A DNA stretch of 64,000 bases from positions 20,777-84,776 of the forward strand of contig JAJUFH010000009.1 of NCBI GenBank assembly GCA_029266035.1, in the 5' to 3' direction. The DNA is from Sinomicrobium sp. GTDB taxonomy: Bacteria > Bacteroidota > Bacteroidia > Flavobacteriales > Flavobacteriaceae. A program made the translations under genes and the position numbers. The notes under the pieces were generated by a model that saw nothing but the letters and a program-made list of their open reading frames with translations, did no database searches and had not been told where the DNA came from. The number at the start of each line of letters is the position of its first letter. Positions within the stretch are counted from its first letter, which is position 1. Below, in pieces: positions 47,183-55,082 of this stretch.

Positions 47183-47287
47183 ATACACTTCCGATTGAGT
47201 CTGGAGCACTCAGACGCCTTCACTTTGTCTTTTTGAGAGAGACCTCCCTGAGGTGGTTGAGCGTCGGAGCGCAGCGATCGGTGTATC
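47183..47287 (+). other. GC-rich nested inverted-repeat element (REP-like or structured RNA/terminator) between the HTCS and acnA
   Basis: The outer stem pairs GATACA-(CTT)-CCGAT (47183-47196) with ATCGGTGTATC (47277-47287). An inner pairing joins CTCAGACGC (~47208-47216) with GCGTCGGAG (47261-47269), with 1 mismatch. The local GC content is clearly above the AT-rich intergenic norm. Confidence 0.35.
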
Positions 47288-47372
47288 TAAGCCCCGGATT
47301 ACTATTCAAAAAAGGTGTACAATTCCACAAAAAATAACTACCTTTAAGGTATTCACTTCACACTTTCACCTT

Positions 47373-50150
47373 ATGAACAACGATATCTTCAACATCAGAA
47401 AAAAACTCCAAACGCCAGATGGCGAATATGGTTATTACAGTCTTACCGAGTTGTCAAAACAGGGGTATGCTATTCATAAAATGCCGTTTTCTATCCGGAT
47501 TCTCCTCGAAAATGTGCTGCGCAATTACGACGATTTTGCCGTTACACGTGAAAACATTGAAACCATTTTACACTGGAGTCCAGAGGCTTCTGACAAAGAT
47601 ATTCCCTTTAAACCGGCAAGAGTGCTGATGCAAGATTTTACCGGAGTTCCAGCCGTAGTAGACATAGCCTCTCTTCGAGCCGAAGTGGCGCGAAAGGGAA
47701 AAGATCCGGAGAGTATAAATCCGCTCATTCCGGTAGATCTGGTTATCGATCACTCGGTACAGGTAGATTACTTCGGCACTGAATACGCCTATCAGGGCAA
47801 TATGGAAAAAGAATATACTCGAAACAAAGAGAGGTATCAGTTTCTGAAATGGGCCCAGCAATCGTTCCGAAATTTTAGCGTGGTTCCTCCGGGTATGGGA
47901 ATATGCCATCAGGTAAATCTCGAATACCTCTCAAAAGCAGTGATAGAACGCGAGGGTAATATCTTTCCCGATACTTTAGTGGGTACCGATAGCCATACTC
48001 CTATGGTAAATGGCATAGGAGTTATCGCTTGGGGTGTTGGAGGTATAGAAGCAGAAGCGGCCATATTGGGGCAGCCCATTTACTTTATTATGCCAGAGGT
48101 AATCGGACTTAAACTAAGTGGAAAATTACCCCCCGGATCTACAGCTACCGATATGGTACTCACTATCGCTGAATTACTCAGAAATTACGGAGTTGTAGGA
48201 AAGTTTGTGGAGGTTTTCGGCCCCGGACTAGATCATCTTTCGGTACCGGATAGGGCTACTATAGGAAATATGTCACCGGAATTCGGATGTACGGTTACTT
48301 ATTTTCCCATAGATCACAAAACCCTGGAATATATGCAGCAAACCAACCGAGAAGAGAAGCAGATTAAGCTCGTAGAGGAATACTGCAAAGCCAATATGCT
48401 TTGGCGCGAGGGTTCGGAAAACATAGAATACACCCACGTTCTGGAGCTAGATCTCTCCACTGTAGAACCTACAGTTGCTGGACCTAAACGCCCACAGGAC
48501 AGGATTTCCCTGAAAAATTTTAAACCGGCATTTATCGATATGCTCCACCAATCATTCGGACGCACTTATCTGACTCCCGAAGAGCAATTGTCTCGATGGT
48601 CGGCAGAAGGAGGCGATATGCCTGCGGATGGATACAAACCGCCTATGCCACCAAAAACAACCATAAAAGCGAAAGAAGAAGAAGGTATGAAAGTTGTCTC
48701 TGTCAAGGTTGGACAAGAACAATTCATGCTCTCAGACGGGGCTGTGGTAGTAGCCGCTATAACCTCTTGTACCAATACGTCCAATCCGTATGTGATGGTA
48801 GGTGCCGGACTAGTAGCTCGGAAAGCCCGCGAATTAGGACTCGATGTAAAACCTTGGGTAAAAACTTCACTGGCACCAGGTTCGAAGGTAGTTACCGATT
48901 ACCTAAAAAAAGCCGATCTGCTTGACGATCTCGAAGCTATGAAATTCCACGTCGTAGGATATGGCTGTACTTCCTGTATCGGAAACTCCGGTCCCCTGCC
49001 CTCCCATATTGCCAAAGCGGTAGATGAACACGAACTTGTAGTAGCTTCGGTATTGTCGGGCAACAGAAACTTCGAAGCGCGTATACACCCACAGATCAAG
49101 ATGAACTTTCTTATGTCGCCTATGCTGGTAGTTGCCTATGCCATCGCAGGTAGGGTAGATATAGATCTGATTAACGAACCCATTAGCTACGACCCCAATA
49201 TGCAACCGGTATACCTGAAAGATATATGGCCGGAAGACGATGAGATACACCAAACCCTGCAATCTATATTATCACCACAGCAATTTGCCGATAATTACGG
49301 CAGTATATTTAAAGGCAATAAAATATGGAGCGAGCTCGAGATCCCTACCGAAAAAGTATATCGATGGGATGAGGCTTCTACCTATATCAAAGAAGCTCCC
49401 TTCTTTAAAAACCTCTCCGATAAACCGCTCCCTGTAAAAGATATCCACAATGCCAATGCTCTGTTGGTACTGGGAGACAGTATCACCACCGACCATATTT
49501 CGCCCGCAGGTGCCTTTAGTGAGACCTCCGCAGCTGGCCAATACTTGGTAAACCGCGGAGTGACCAGAGCAGATTTTAACTCCTATGGATCTCGAAGGGG
49601 AAATGACGAAGTAATGACTAGAGGTACCTTTGCCAACGTACGCATTAAGAACAAGTTGGCAACTAAAGAAGGTGGTTATACCAAATTCCTTCCCACGGGA
49701 GAAGAGATGACTGTATACGATGCCGCTACAAAATACAGGGAAAACAGTATTCCCCTCGTCGTTCTTGCCGGTAAGGAATACGGAAGCGGGTCGTCTAGAG
49801 ACTGGGCTGCCAAAGGTACATTTCTACTCGGAGTAAAAGCTGTGATTGCCTCGAGCTACGAGCGTATACACCGAAGCAACCTAGTAGGTATGGGAGTACT
49901 CCCCCTCCAATATTCCGATACAGATGCGGCACAACTAGGACTTACTGGAGAGGAAACTTTTAATATTTCCGGTATTGCCAACAACCTTGTTCCCAACAAA
50001 GTCATCGAGGTTTCTGCAACTGGAAAAGATGGGAAAAATATCACTTTCAAAGCCGTTGTCCGATTGGATTCCAATATCGAAATAGAGTATTACCGGCACG
50101 GCGGAATCTTGCAGTACGTGCTGAGGCAGTTTTTACATAGGTCGTCTTAA
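47373..50150 (+). CDS. acnA: aconitate hydratase A
   Basis: The motifs MQDFTGVPAVVD, GTDSHTPMVNG, ITSCTNTSNP and GCTSCIGNSGP (Fe-S ligands) are present, plus a C-terminal swivel domain. The start was trimmed to MNNDIFNIRKKL, giving 925 aa. Confidence 0.93.
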   Translation: MNNDIFNIRKKLQTPDGEYGYYSLTELSKQGYAIHKMPFSIRILLENVLRNYDDFAVTRENIETILHWSPEASDKDIPFKPARVLMQDFTGVPAVVDIASLRAEVARKGKDPESINPLIPVDLVIDHSVQVDYFGTEYAYQGNMEKEYTRNKERYQFLKWAQQSFRNFSVVPPGMGICHQVNLEYLSKAVIEREGNIFPDTLVGTDSHTPMVNGIGVIAWGVGGIEAEAAILGQPIYFIMPEVIGLKLSGKLPPGSTATDMVLTIAELLRNYGVVGKFVEVFGPGLDHLSVPDRATIGNMSPEFGCTVTYFPIDHKTLEYMQQTNREEKQIKLVEEYCKANMLWREGSENIEYTHVLELDLSTVEPTVAGPKRPQDRISLKNFKPAFIDMLHQSFGRTYLTPEEQLSRWSAEGGDMPADGYKPPMPPKTTIKAKEEEGMKVVSVKVGQEQFMLSDGAVVVAAITSCTNTSNPYVMVGAGLVARKARELGLDVKPWVKTSLAPGSKVVTDYLKKADLLDDLEAMKFHVVGYGCTSCIGNSGPLPSHIAKAVDEHELVVASVLSGNRNFEARIHPQIKMNFLMSPMLVVAYAIAGRVDIDLINEPISYDPNMQPVYLKDIWPEDDEIHQTLQSILSPQQFADNYGSIFKGNKIWSELEIPTEKVYRWDEASTYIKEAPFFKNLSDKPLPVKDIHNANALLVLGDSITTDHISPAGAFSETSAAGQYLVNRGVTRADFNSYGSRRGNDEVMTRGTFANVRIKNKLATKEGGYTKFLPTGEEMTVYDAATKYRENSIPLVVLAGKEYGSGSSRDWAAKGTFLLGVKAVIASSYERIHRSNLVGMGVLPLQYSDTDAAQLGLTGEETFNISGIANNLVPNKVIEVSATGKDGKNITFKAVVRLDSNIEIEYYRHGGILQYVLRQFLHRSS

Positions 50151-50262
50151 AATAAAATGGTGTCTAGGTTCTTTAATACGCTTTAGATATCCTGAATTGC
50201 AGGTTTTCTTTCTATCGCATTGTCGTTCACGACAAAGTATATCGTAGAATGAACACCCAAAA

Positions 50263-51225
50263 CTACAGACGAATTTCCTGTGGCATTTTTTCTCCTCTGT
50301 AAATAGCGAGAAGATTGTCGGCTGCCATTTGTGCCATAGCGGTACGAGTTTCAATAGTAGCCGATCCTATATGTGGTAATACACATACATTGGGCATTTG
50401 CAACAAGGGGTTGTCTGCTCGCATAGGCTCGGGGTCGGTGACATCAAGTCCAGCACCCCATATTTCACCGCTTTTGAGTGCCTTTATAAGATCGGATTCT
50501 CGGTGGACTTTACCTCGTGAGGTATTGATAAAAATCGAGTTCGGTTTCATACGGGAAAAGCTATCTTCGTCAAATTTGTACATCGTTTCCGGACTGAGGT
50601 TCGTATGAACAGAAAGTACATCACTTCGTTCCAGTAGCTCTTCATAACTTACATAGATAGCACCGATTTCTTCCTCTGCCTTGAGATTGCGATTTCGGTT
50701 GTGATAAAGTATATCCATACCAAAAGCAGCTTTCGACATACGTGCCATTTGAATCCCTATTCTACCAAGTCCAAATATCCCGAGAGTTTTACCACCTATT
50801 TCCACTCCGAGTTCGTGCAAAAATCCGAATCCCTTCCACTTCCCTTTCTTCACTTCTTCTGCACGAAAAAAAGCTTTTCGAGCAGTAGCCAGCATAAGTA
50901 AAAAAGCTGTTTCTGCAGTAGTTTTACTCAATACCCCAGGAGTATTGGATACCGATATGCCATATTTAGCTGCAGCTTCGAGATCTACATGATCATAGCC
51001 CACACTGGCAAGAGCTATTCCCTTGAGATTGGAACAGGCTTGCATAAAATCGGCATCGAGTTGTGCCATACCTACATTCAATAGCAAATCCACTTCTTGA
51101 CAATTCCTGATAAACTCACTGCGTTCCGGCAAAATATCAGAATCGTTATACGTTAGTTGCAACCCACTTTTCTCTATACGGCAAAGCACATCAGAAGGCA
51201 ATTTTCGGGTAATGTATATTTTCAT
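50263..51225 (-). CDS. D-isomer-specific 2-hydroxyacid dehydrogenase (glyoxylate/hydroxypyruvate reductase-like)
   Basis: The NAD-binding GIFGLGRIG motif and the catalytic R...E...H pattern (NTSRG ... LDV ... PHIGSAT) are present. The start was trimmed to MKIYITRKL. Confidence 0.82.
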   Translation of the reverse strand: MKIYITRKLPSDVLCRIEKSGLQLTYNDSDILPERSEFIRNCQEVDLLLNVGMAQLDADFMQACSNLKGIALASVGYDHVDLEAAAKYGISVSNTPGVLSKTTAETAFLLMLATARKAFFRAEEVKKGKWKGFGFLHELGVEIGGKTLGIFGLGRIGIQMARMSKAAFGMDILYHNRNRNLKAEEEIGAIYVSYEELLERSDVLSVHTNLSPETMYKFDEDSFSRMKPNSIFINTSRGKVHRESDLIKALKSGEIWGAGLDVTDPEPMRADNPLLQMPNVCVLPHIGSATIETRTAMAQMAADNLLAIYRGEKMPQEIRL

Positions 51226-51475
51226 TTTCACATAAAATATTTTCAATGTTTGAATACAGTGTTACTTCGGTAAGCTGATAAGTTACAACGAGACTAAAGA
51301 TAAAAATTTTTCTCCTATCCCCGAAGAAGCAACTTCACAAGAACTTCGGGAAAGCTCAAGTCCTATTGGTGCTAACTAATTTAAACAATGAAGGATATGA
51401 AACAAGACATTATTTGGAAAATACCACAAATTTTACCGATTTTTGTAATGAAAGAGCCTAATTTTCATACTTTAA

Positions 51476-52774
51476 TTGACCAACTTTATACACGATATTA
51501 CCCGTTTTGAAGTAGCTCCCCCTGCGGTGTTCTTCCTGATGCTATTCAGTTTGCTTTTGGCATTAGTTCACACCCTTATTTTCCTCGCCTTGTTCAAAAT
51601 TTCCTTTCGTCCTTCAAAACTGCTGTACATCTTATACCCATCTATAATGGCAGTCACGGCATTTATCGACTTAAGGTGGATTGTTTTGGAATTTATCGTA
51701 TTATTCCTCTTTACATTTGTACTGGGTATCTGCGGTATGATCTTTGCCTTTATAAAGAGCGTAAAGCTATCTCAAAAAGAAAGGCATCGCTTTAGAAAAA
51801 AGCACCATATCCCTCGCAAACCTCTGCGGAAAAAAATTCTCGGAGGCTTTTTTTCACTGCTTTTCATCTTAGTTTTTTATGTAAATCCGGGATTGTTTGT
51901 GTTAAGTATTTTTCTTATCCTGCCTATTCTCTCCCTAATCCTCCCGAGCAAACGCAACCGTTTTTTCAAATATCAGCAGTTACTCCCTACTTCTAAAATC
52001 CGCTCTGTAGCTATGGGACTAGCAGAACTCAGAGGGGAATTGATAGCCGGTGATGCTCTGTTGTCGTCCCCTATCAAAAGTAAGAGGTGTATAGGTTTTC
52101 AATACAGTATCGAAAAAGTTTCTACAGATAAAGATGGAAAAAAGAGCTACAGGACTATATTCAATGAAACCAAATGCAACCCTTTCCGGCTCAAGGATGC
52201 TACCGGTACTATAAGTGTAAATCCTGAAAATATGGACTTGTATCAACTCGATATCGACGAGCGCTACCAAAGTGGTGGCAAACGATACACTCAACGCCTT
52301 CTAATGCCAAAAGACCAGGTGTTGATAGTCGGAAAAATCGGGTTACAGAACAATATTCCCGTATTGCAATACGAGCCGATAAAAAAAGTGTTTGGCATCG
52401 CACCCTACCACTATATCACTACCTACAATACTTTTAAGCCTTTATTAAACCGATTTCTAAGTTTTACTTCTATCTTTGGTTTCTTTGTCGCATTAATACT
52501 GATGAGCACTATCGTAATACGGCAAGATTACATAGGTATTACCTTTACCCCTACCGGGCATAATTTTGTACTATTGAACAATCAGAGCCACAACAAGCTT
52601 AAAGATATTCACAAATCACAAAACCGTAAAAATAAAATTATCACCCCACAGCAGACCAATCCAGACACAGCTGTACAAAGGGCTAAAGAAGACGAGCTTC
52701 CACCCGAAGTGCACATAGAAACCATAGAGCTTCCAGACATACCCTCAAATACGACTAAAAAGAAAACTAAATAA
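51476..52774 (+). CDS. polytopic membrane protein with a GIDE-like (bacterial 'E3 ligase' PF12483-like) domain
   Basis: Several N-terminal TM helices are followed by VAMGLAELRGELIAGDALLSSPIKSKRCIGFQYSIEKV, which resembles the GIDE core. A C-terminal TM helix and a low-complexity tail follow. The start is uncertain (TTG at 51476 or ATG at 51539). The family call is from memory. Confidence 0.45.
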   Translation: MTNFIHDITRFEVAPPAVFFLMLFSLLLALVHTLIFLALFKISFRPSKLLYILYPSIMAVTAFIDLRWIVLEFIVLFLFTFVLGICGMIFAFIKSVKLSQKERHRFRKKHHIPRKPLRKKILGGFFSLLFILVFYVNPGLFVLSIFLILPILSLILPSKRNRFFKYQQLLPTSKIRSVAMGLAELRGELIAGDALLSSPIKSKRCIGFQYSIEKVSTDKDGKKSYRTIFNETKCNPFRLKDATGTISVNPENMDLYQLDIDERYQSGGKRYTQRLLMPKDQVLIVGKIGLQNNIPVLQYEPIKKVFGIAPYHYITTYNTFKPLLNRFLSFTSIFGFFVALILMSTIVIRQDYIGITFTPTGHNFVLLNNQSHNKLKDIHKSQNRKNKIITPQQTNPDTAVQRAKEDELPPEVHIETIELPDIPSNTTKKKTK

Positions 52775-52787
52775 AACACCATACCCT

Positions 52788-53348
52788 ATGAACACCATTA
52801 TCGGTTACATTGTCATTTTCCTAATAGCCGCCGGGCTTATCAGTACCGTTATTTCGCTGTACAACAGACTAATTATGCTCAAATTTAATGTAGACAAGGC
52901 TTATGCCAATATCGATCTTTTACTCAAACAGCGTACAGACGAAATCCCCGACCTCATTAAAGTCGTTAAAGAATCGGTCAACTACGAGTCGTCACAGCTA
53001 GAAAAACTCACCAAATTGAGAACGGCATTTATAAATTCGACCGACCAAGATGAAAGAGTAAAACTCTCTAATACTATGGCTCCTATGGTACACTCCTTGG
53101 TGGCTGTAGCTGAGAATTACCCAGATCTCAAAGCGAATACCGGTTTTAATGTCCTTCAGCAGAGGGTTTCCGATATCGAAGATGCTATTACCGATCGCCG
53201 TGAACTGTTTAACGAGAGTGTCAATATGTACAATATAGGTATACACGAGTTTCCGAATGTACTCCTAGCTCGTATCCTAGGATACAAAGACAAGACGCTT
53301 CTGCGTGTTAGTGAACAAGAAAAACAGTACGATGGTATCCGCTTCTGA
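52788..53348 (+). CDS. lemA: LemA family protein
   Basis: A single N-terminal TM helix is followed by YNRLIMLKFNVDKAYANIDLLLKQRTDEIP...AENYPDLKAN...FNESVNMYN, typical of LemA. The length is 186 aa. Confidence 0.85.
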   Translation: MNTIIGYIVIFLIAAGLISTVISLYNRLIMLKFNVDKAYANIDLLLKQRTDEIPDLIKVVKESVNYESSQLEKLTKLRTAFINSTDQDERVKLSNTMAPMVHSLVAVAENYPDLKANTGFNVLQQRVSDIEDAITDRRELFNESVNMYNIGIHEFPNVLLARILGYKDKTLLRVSEQEKQYDGIRF

Positions 53349-53391
53349 GGTATACGATATAGTCCACTCCATTGAAGAAAACCCTGCATTT

Positions 53392-53709
53392 ATGGTGATA
53401 TGGGCCGCATTTGGAGTGCCTATTACATCCTTTGTAATCAGTATTATTCTGTATCAGTTAACCAAAAAATGGACAAAACAAAATGCGCTACTCACCACAA
53501 CCATCGCCGCCCTTATTGTAGTGGTATGGATACTAGGTTTTGTCACACAAATGATCCTCCTCTTTATGGGAGCCTCAGGAATTCAGATGCTGCTGATATG
53601 GATCGTTATGTTCCTTACCTACCTGATTTTTACGATTTTTAATCAAAAAAGCATCTATAAATTCATATCAGACTCTGAAATCGCCAAGAAAGTAAAGAAC
53701 AGTAAATAA
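53392..53709 (+). CDS. small integral membrane protein (3 predicted TM helices), unknown function
   Basis: The ORF is 53305..53709. I prefer the Met at 53392 or 53332 so that overlap with lemA is small. The sequence is hydrophobic (VIWAAFGVPITSFVISIILY..., ALIVVVWILGFV..., LLIWIVMFLTYLIF). Confidence 0.4.
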   Translation: MVIWAAFGVPITSFVISIILYQLTKKWTKQNALLTTTIAALIVVVWILGFVTQMILLFMGASGIQMLLIWIVMFLTYLIFTIFNQKSIYKFISDSEIAKKVKNSK

Positions 53710-53730
53710 GTTGTTGCCTATTTGACCAAA

Positions 53731-54210
53731 TTACTCCACCACTTTAATATCTATAGCTGTTCTACTCTGCCATCCGGTAGCATCTATCACAGAATACTGA
53801 CAGTGATAATCACCGGTATCCACATCTTCGGGCACGGTAATTTCCAATTGTATTTCACAAGAAGTCTTCCCTTCTTCTACAGTATAATTTTCCATTAGTT
53901 TCCACGGATTAGAGGCCTCTTTTACAGCTCCGAGCTCGCAGCTAATTTTCTGATCGTCGTGGGTGTGATGATCGAAATTATGGTGAATATCCAGACTGTA
54001 TGCTGCCAACTCTACATTGTCATCAAGTCGAGCCCGAAAAGTGTAAGTCTCTCCTCGTTTCAACAGCTCGCACCCCTTCGGAAAGCCCTGGCCGAAGGCT
54101 GTGCTAATAGTGGGTTTTTCCTCATCTTTACCTATGCCGTCATCGTCTGAACATCCGAGAAACATTCCGAGCATCAGAAAGACAAGCAAATGTGTTTTTT
54201 TTGATTTCAC
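53731..54210 (-). CDS. His-rich lipoprotein, single DUF4625-like Ig-fold domain
   Basis: A lipobox FLGCSDDD and the His cluster LDIHHNFDHHTHDD are present. The C-terminal VPEDVDTGDYHCQYSVIDATG segment parallels the repeats of the upstream gene. Confidence 0.55.
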   Translation of the reverse strand: MKSKKTHLLVFLMLGMFLGCSDDDGIGKDEEKPTISTAFGQGFPKGCELLKRGETYTFRARLDDNVELAAYSLDIHHNFDHHTHDDQKISCELGAVKEASNPWKLMENYTVEEGKTSCEIQLEITVPEDVDTGDYHCQYSVIDATGWQSRTAIDIKVVE

Positions 54211-54227
54211 AGTGTATATTTTTATAA

Positions 54228-54255
54228 ACTCTCATGTCATAAGCGACATGAGAGT
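54228..54255 (-). terminator. perfect 11 bp hairpin between the two DUF4625-like genes (intra-operon terminator/attenuator)
   Basis: ACTCTCATGTC (54228-54238) pairs with GACATGAGAGT (54245-54255) around the loop ATAAGC. On the minus strand it is followed by TTTATAAAAATAT. Confidence 0.55.
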
Positions 54256-54266
54256 CCGTTAAATCC

Positions 54267-55046
54267 TTATTCTAATATAACATTCAGATGTGAATCATAA
54301 GATGTCACATTTCCCTCTTCGTCTTCTATGTTGAATACCATGTGATATTCTCCAATTGGAGCTGTGGAAGGCACGTCGATATGCTCGTGAAATTTTGCCT
54401 CAGTTTCCCCGTGGTAACCTTCGCTATAAGTCTGAATCAAATGCCACTCCTCCTCTCCTTCACCCACTGTAAGGCCGTGTGCGTGGATGTCCAAAGAGAT
54501 CTCGTGTATCCCGTGAATAGCGGTAATCTTGAACTCAGTGTGGAAGTCGCTACCTCTCGCCACTTCTTCATCGATGTAAATTTCGCTAAGGCTAACAGGG
54601 TGAAGCACTACCAGATGTCCTTCTACCTCTGTGCTATTTCCGTCTTCATCGGTTACGGTTAGCTTTAGGTGATACTCTCCAGCTGGAGCAGTGGCAGGCA
54701 CATCTATGTGTTCGTGAAACGCCGGATTGAGCACGAGATATTTACTATCTGTATAACTGTGATGAAAATGCCATTCTTCCTCCCCTTCACCTAGTTCGAG
54801 ATCGTGACCGTGAATGTCCAGATCGATACTCTCCACAGGTACCACGGCCGATATTTCGGCTTCCAGATGCACATCAGATCCTGTATAGGCGACGCGATCG
54901 GTGGAGTGCGAACTCCCCTCACCGTATTCAAAACCGGAAATTTCCGGTGCAACTGTACCCGGCAGACCGTCGTCGTCATCGCTACAAGATGCTGAAAACA
55001 GTGTTACAAAAGCTACGATAACTAAAAATTTCAAATTTGATTTCAT
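54267..55046 (-). CDS. His-rich lipoprotein with two tandem DUF4625-like domains
   Basis: A lipobox FSASCSDDDD is present. There are two internal repeats. The first is IDLDIHGHDLELGEGEEEWHFHHSY...FHEHIDVPATAPAGEYHLKLTVTDEDGN. The second is ISLDIHAHGLTVGEGEEEWHLIQTY...FHEHIDVPSTAPIGEYHMVFNIEDEEGN. Confidence 0.55.
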   Translation of the reverse strand: MKSNLKFLVIVAFVTLFSASCSDDDDGLPGTVAPEISGFEYGEGSSHSTDRVAYTGSDVHLEAEISAVVPVESIDLDIHGHDLELGEGEEEWHFHHSYTDSKYLVLNPAFHEHIDVPATAPAGEYHLKLTVTDEDGNSTEVEGHLVVLHPVSLSEIYIDEEVARGSDFHTEFKITAIHGIHEISLDIHAHGLTVGEGEEEWHLIQTYSEGYHGETEAKFHEHIDVPSTAPIGEYHMVFNIEDEEGNVTSYDSHLNVILE

Positions 55047-55082
55047 GAGATTAGTATTTAATAAATTATTAATTAGAATTCT

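Noticed and set aside
50219-50240. The hairpin TTGTCG-TTCA-CGACAA between the convergent acnA and 2-hydroxyacid dehydrogenase genes, as a possible terminator
   Set aside because: It has only a 6 bp stem and no flanking T-tract on either strand, which is too weak to call.
51388-51510. A 40-codon ORF (MKDMKQDIIWKIPQILPIFVMKEPNFHTLIDQLYTRYYPF) upstream of, and overlapping, the GIDE-like gene start
   Set aside because: It has no distinctive composition or motif and overlaps the alternative TTG start of the downstream gene. It cannot be distinguished from chance without comparative data.
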